DNA of 64,000 nucleotides from Acanthaster planci (Eukaryota): NCBI RefSeq assembly GCF_001949145.1, contig NW_019091356.1, positions 1,178,789 to 1,242,788 of the forward strand, read 5' to 3'. Shown piece by piece: positions 58,846 to 64,000 of this stretch (position 1 is its first letter; each line of letters starts with the position of its first letter). The notes under the pieces were generated by a model. It saw only the letters and a program-made list of their open reading frames with translations, ran no database searches and was not told where the DNA came from. The position numbers and the translations under genes were made by a program.

Positions 58846-61261
58846 ATAAGCGAGCATTACGGAAGTAGTTTACAGCGCCCTCTTTTGACGTATTTGCAAC
58901 GAAGAACAGGATTTCTCAAACCAAGATTCCACGTCCACTGCAGGGCGTCTTTTTCGTAAATTTGGTGAACTGTTGAGGCAATATGGCTCATTGCACCAAT
59001 CTTTTGCTACAGAAACAAATAAATTCAAACTCGGAATCATTATCGTTGTATTATAATTGCAAACCTTTGAAAATGAATCATTAGCCTAGGGGGAAAGCCA
59101 AAGTGGAGACGAAGCTAGGATTCTGAAAATAGTGCTGACAGCATCTCGGCTTTGCACAGGGACATCGATCCTCACATGCACCAACATAGTTGTCGACGTG
59201 GGTTTCTTATACTATCATCTGTGATCATAAGAACGGTTAGGCTTGAAAAGGACTTAAAATCTAAATACAAAGTCTTGTGAATCATGTACGTTTAGTTAAT
59301 TGGAATGTTTCTTCGGTGATCACGTTGGGTCTTGTACCTCTGTAACTTTTCTATAATCATTCCCAAGAACTTTAATGAAGTACGAAATAAAGGAAGAGCA
59401 AGTGGGAGGGCTGGCTATCAAGGCTGTCTTGATTGATTTGACCACCAGTTACTCCTAAACCTCCAGAAACGCTTTGACCGCGTGACTTTCCAGGTCTCAG
59501 GTCTGGGGAATTGGATTTTTTTTCTAAAAATGTCTCAAAATGCCTCCGCTGTTTACACCACTGTCTTTGACCACGAGCTACCCCAACATCACGCACAAGC
59601 TACTTTTAACCACCGACTATTTTTAGACCACTGACTTTTTGAAAAACAACCAACACTTTATTCTGGAAACTGGACGACAGGTGTAAGAAGTATAATACGC
59701 TTTTTTGAGAGATGGTGAATCTGATATATTGTAAAACAATACCTGACTTTTTCAAAATTATTTAATAATCTGAAATATTTCAGAGTTATCTTGAAAACCA
59801 ACATGAATCTACATCAACCTTGTTTGGGAATGATGGGTCACAGTGTATTGTTTTAAGAGAATCGTTTTTGATATTGACCCCCTTATACAGTCCTCAGCGT
59901 GCCCCCTAACTTCATCTGACAGTCAACAACTACTACCCTTCCGTCATTATAAGCTTTTGTTTACTGAAGTCATGTCACAATGTATAAGCTCCCTGGCGAG
60001 GTTCAAGACAGGCCTCGGAACTCTCTCATGACACTGAACGCTCTTTTTGTCACGTACATGGTGTCAAGCTGAGGTCATGAGAAGTCATGTCATGAGGAAT
60101 GCCCCGGTGTAACCTCATTACAAACATCCGGCTCGAACGGAGACCGGAATGAAGTTTCTCACATAATACACGCAGCAAAATTGGTGGACGTGACTTTGGG
60201 GAATCCAGGGGAAAGCTCACGATTAAAATCGAATTTTTAAAAGGATATTTTTTTAAATGCTTTTCAAGTCACAGGTCAGAGATTTTGGCGATTGTCAAAA
60301 TATTATTACCATTAACACACCACAAAAAAGCAGTAATTTTAGTGCACTCCGTCTACTCTTTCCTGAAGGGGTAAGGTTATTGTTACTCAAAAAGTAACAA
60401 TTTCTACCGAGATAGGGCAGAGTGGGGGATGGAAGAAACGATACTATAGTGATTAATGGTTTCACCCAAACATCCAGCGGAGTCCTTCTCTCTGTATATG
60501 CTTACAAAAATCTGCAGTTTTACCTCGCAAAGGGGCCTTACAATTCTCAGAACATCCTGACGTCAGTCCGGATATTACCATCCGAAACGGTGCAGGTTTG
60601 ACTATAAATATTTGGATTTTGGTCTTCCGAACCAGAGTAATCTTGAAACCGTCTAAGTTTGTATGTACGTGGCAGATTGCAATCACTGTCAACAAGTGAG
60701 TTTTCTTTTGAATCATTATTCGGAAAAATAGTAACATAGGGCCTACTGTCGGTCCCTCTGTGTACATTTTGTTGCTCCATTTTACGTCATGTTCTGGAAG
60801 CACATGTATGTAAAGGTTGAATCGAACATTAAAGAACATTGTGAGTAGAATTACTTTGGTTTGCTCTGTCGTAGTACGGTGACGTTTTTATCAACAAGTG
60901 GTAGGCAAACTAAATCTGGTCGTCAGTACAAAAAGGACATGGTAAATCACTAACCTCAACAAAAGAGTTGTTTTTATTTGTAAACAAAAGCACCTGGAAG
61001 ATTCATAGGTTTGTAGCATTTATTTCAAATGACCAAAAAGACCCTCCTTCCATAGAACTAAACCCAGACCTGAATGGCGAAAGAAAGAAAAATGACACAT
61101 TGAAGCCAGAGAGAATTATGTTCAAACATTTGGGAAGATTGGTATATTTAGTAAAAGACGAATTAAAAACCTCCGTGAGATTTACGTATGGTGTTATTTT
61201 CTTCTAACGAAATTTAGGATAACAATTCTGAACTTGGAAGAGTCAGGAACCAGACGGCGCA

Positions 61262-62125
61262 ATGGCAAGATTCAGCGTGTTTGGGGTGATCTTTAGTCTG
61301 GTCGTTGCGGCGTCAGCGGAGAGTGGTGACGACAACCCTTTCGCCTTCGAGATTTATGACGATGTGACCATTGAACCGACTTACGACCCCGACAGTGGTG
61401 CAGTTGGCATCCTCGTCACAGTGGAGTACGACCAAACCTTCCATTTTTGCTTTTTATACTTCATAACTTTGTCGACATCATACAAAGTAACATCATTTTG
61501 TCGCAATATCTTAGGTTTAAGAGGTCCGTCAGTCAACCATTAAAGTCGGCCGCTTTCTCTCTCCTGGACAAGGATGGTGACGGTTTGCTGACAGTCGAGG
61601 AGTGGCGCGCTGAGAGAGGGTGCGTAGCCAACTTCATCGCGTTCCTGACGGATCTGGATGCCAATGGTAACACCACATGAATCTTTTGGGAATATTTGGC
61701 AAATGAGCTGGCTTTTGTGATGGAGTCCTGAGATGTTTTTATCAGTGATATTACTTGCTAAATTTGATCTTTGGACTGAATCGCTTTGGCTGCTTAATTG
61801 GCTTCGCCTCGTGGAAAATTTCATCAGTTATCTCGTGGTTGCATTCAAAACTTTTTGTGTGATAAAATTGCGCAATTTCATGACCTTTCATTCAAAATAC
61901 GGGATTAGGGTTTGTCAAAGACCACTCATCCCCTTGTGTTAAATGCTTATTTTTTCATGACGTTTGCCATGGTATTGACTATCGTAACAAACAAACTATT
62001 GTGAAGATGAATATTTTGGTTCGTACATGATTTTGTATTTCTTTGACTTTGGTTACTTTTTAGGAGACAAGAGGATCTCTTGGGCCGAGTTCCAGTCAGT
62101 CAGACATGTCTACACCAAGTACTAA
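61262..62125 (+). CDS. Small secreted two-EF-hand protein precursor (~125 aa)
   Basis: Exons 61262-61425 (donor gtacga, least certain junction), 61515-61666, 62064-62125 (378 nt). Signal peptide MARFSVFGVIFSLVVAASA, acidic segment, FKR|S, EF loops DKDGDGLLTVEE and DANGDKRISWAE. Confidence 0.8.
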
Positions 62126-64000
62126 AACGCACGCGACAGATTCCAGAGTACCGCCTACATCAGGGGAAGGTTGGGAACCTTATGCGTGGACTCAGCGGCT
62201 CGATTTGAATTTCTCTCCATGCCATCCAAGAGTGCAGTGATGAGCTGATTTCTTTCAGCTAAATTGGCGATAAATCGTTTCGGGTGACTTGGCCCACAAC
62301 ATGTCCACCCCGCTTGCACACCAAGGCTGAACTACAATTTATGAGCGTGACTTGAAAATAAACCGCGCCCCCAAAGGAAACTGACTTCATGCATTGCACA
62401 TCAACGTCTGTGACATTTCAGTGGCAGCCATGTTGCAATATCATATGGCTGTATTCGGACTGGCCGCAATGCTTTGTATTTTTGTCTTAGAACTTTGAAA
62501 AAGAAGCTGTTGACCACAAGTAAACACCACAGGATAGGCCACCGGTGTAAGGAAACTCAGCACTCATAGTACACAAGTAGAATGGAAAAGGCGCCGGCGC
62601 CGTATTTAAAGAATTGGAGAATACTGTCACGTGATAAGTAGCCATTTCTAGTTTTGGACGACAGAAAAAAATTTTGCTCCAAGTAAAAACAGAACACGGT
62701 CAGAAATGTGTGTGGAACTGAACTATTAATCATTCAAGATTTGTTTTCATTGCTAAGTCTGTTATGGTTAATAATGTATTATGTTATGTTATAATGTATT
62801 TGATATATACCTTTAGAGCAATTTTCCAACAATACTTTAATTAAAAAAATATCATGGAAACGAAACCGAAATCATTTGTCTGGATGTGCTGTATTCGATT
62901 GTCTCTGGATGTGTGAGAGTGATTTATCGATGGAGATCATTGCTGCAGACAAAAGTATCAATAATTTTCTTGCAAAAGACAAAAGAATATGATATTGTAT
63001 GTGTCCAGTTAACACATTTCTCGGTTAGCGCCTTCACTGACAGGAAATATTCCCAATGGAGAAAGGGGTGTACTCATGCTACACGTCTTTCCGCGGCCAA
63101 TCAAATCTGGCTATTTCTGCCCAGTGTAGGACAGCAAGACTTTTTTTTTAAATTTCACTTGTTCAAACACCACTTGGCATGATTTCCGCAGAACCTTTTG
63201 TGACAAATCTCAGTACTCTTGATTAAGCAATGATGTAAATCTATCACGAACTTAATATATGGCATTCTGTATCTACTTGCCCTTTTTCTTATTCAGAAGA
63301 AGAGATGATCTCAAGGGCCCATTTTCAGACCATCAGTGACGTCAATAAAACGAACTAAACTGCACGTAGCTAACCCCGTGATGCGAGACTTGCAAACGGC
63401 AATGATCTAGGTTCAAGTGATGTGGTGACTTCTTGGTTTCTTTTGGCTCTCATTGGAAGGATTTTGACCGGTGAATTTCGTCATCACTTCCACTTGCGCA
63501 GAAGGAATGCAAACAGGATCATTCTGAGTTTGGATCAAGGTTGAGTCAAAGCTTCTCCCGAGGTCTCAATTTCTGGGTCACCTTATTTTGTCAAATGAAA
63601 TGAAAAGTCACTAGCATCCTAGAAAAGGGCACTTAACACTGAAAAAATTGGCAAGTAGAATGGATCTGATAAAATCGCAACTATCAGTTTGTTTCTTTCA
63701 TTGTTCAGATCTTCTGGGCAAAGTTTTTGTCTAAAATACTAGAAACAAAGGAAAGGAGCCTCCGTTGCTCTGGGGAAATCGTGGTCTCTTGGTCCAGCGC
63801 ATGGCTCATAGGAAAGGGAACGACGTGATTACAAAGTTCTCCAAGGTTGCTTCAGTATAAGGTGGGTTTTGCTTATGGCAACATTGGGTCACCAGATGGG
63901 ATTCCATGTGCTGTATATCACTCGTGAGAGTTCACTGCCAATTTAAAGCAGGGAAACTTGTCAAGCAAAAATGTTGACGAAGAAGCTGAGCCCTGATTTT

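Noticed and set aside
62300..64000. Gene at the right end of the window
   Set aside because: No credible spliced ORF or domain motif; treated as intergenic.

Overview
Eukaryotic, intron-rich animal genomic DNA with two N-gaps (3455-3811, 11833-12422); probably a marine invertebrate, though the taxon cannot be fixed from sequence alone. Most ORF-track entries are exon fragments or noise, so genes were rebuilt by hand from GT-AG sites and phase continuity. Left to right: (1) 3' end of an NCLX/SLC8B1 exchanger (+). (2) A cathepsin L cluster: copy 1 (-, 5' end in gap), an orphan promoter/5'UTR copy (+) truncated in intron 1 and followed by a 901-bp solo LTR with ATAT target-site duplication (TSD), complete copy 2 (-, 327 aa) and a divergent copy 3 (+, 5' end in gap). 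(3) A 16-exon, ~1106-aa secreted mosaic protein (-): signal peptide-NtA-TSP1-TSPN/LamG-mucin-2xTSP1-6xEGF-polybasic site-C-terminal EMI-like. (4) An SV2-like MFS transporter with pentapeptide-repeat loop (-), head-to-head with (5) an F-box/LRR gene (+). (6) Ribulose-phosphate 3-epimerase (-). (7) A small secreted two-EF-hand prepro-protein (+). Introns hold several MITE families (hAT-like 8-bp TSD, Harbinger-like 3-bp TSD, two nested cases) and tRNA-derived SINEs. No CRISPR, rRNA or intact tRNA genes were seen. Best candidates for novelty are the mosaic matrix protein, the secreted EF-hand precursor and the diversifying, partly palindromic cathepsin L array.
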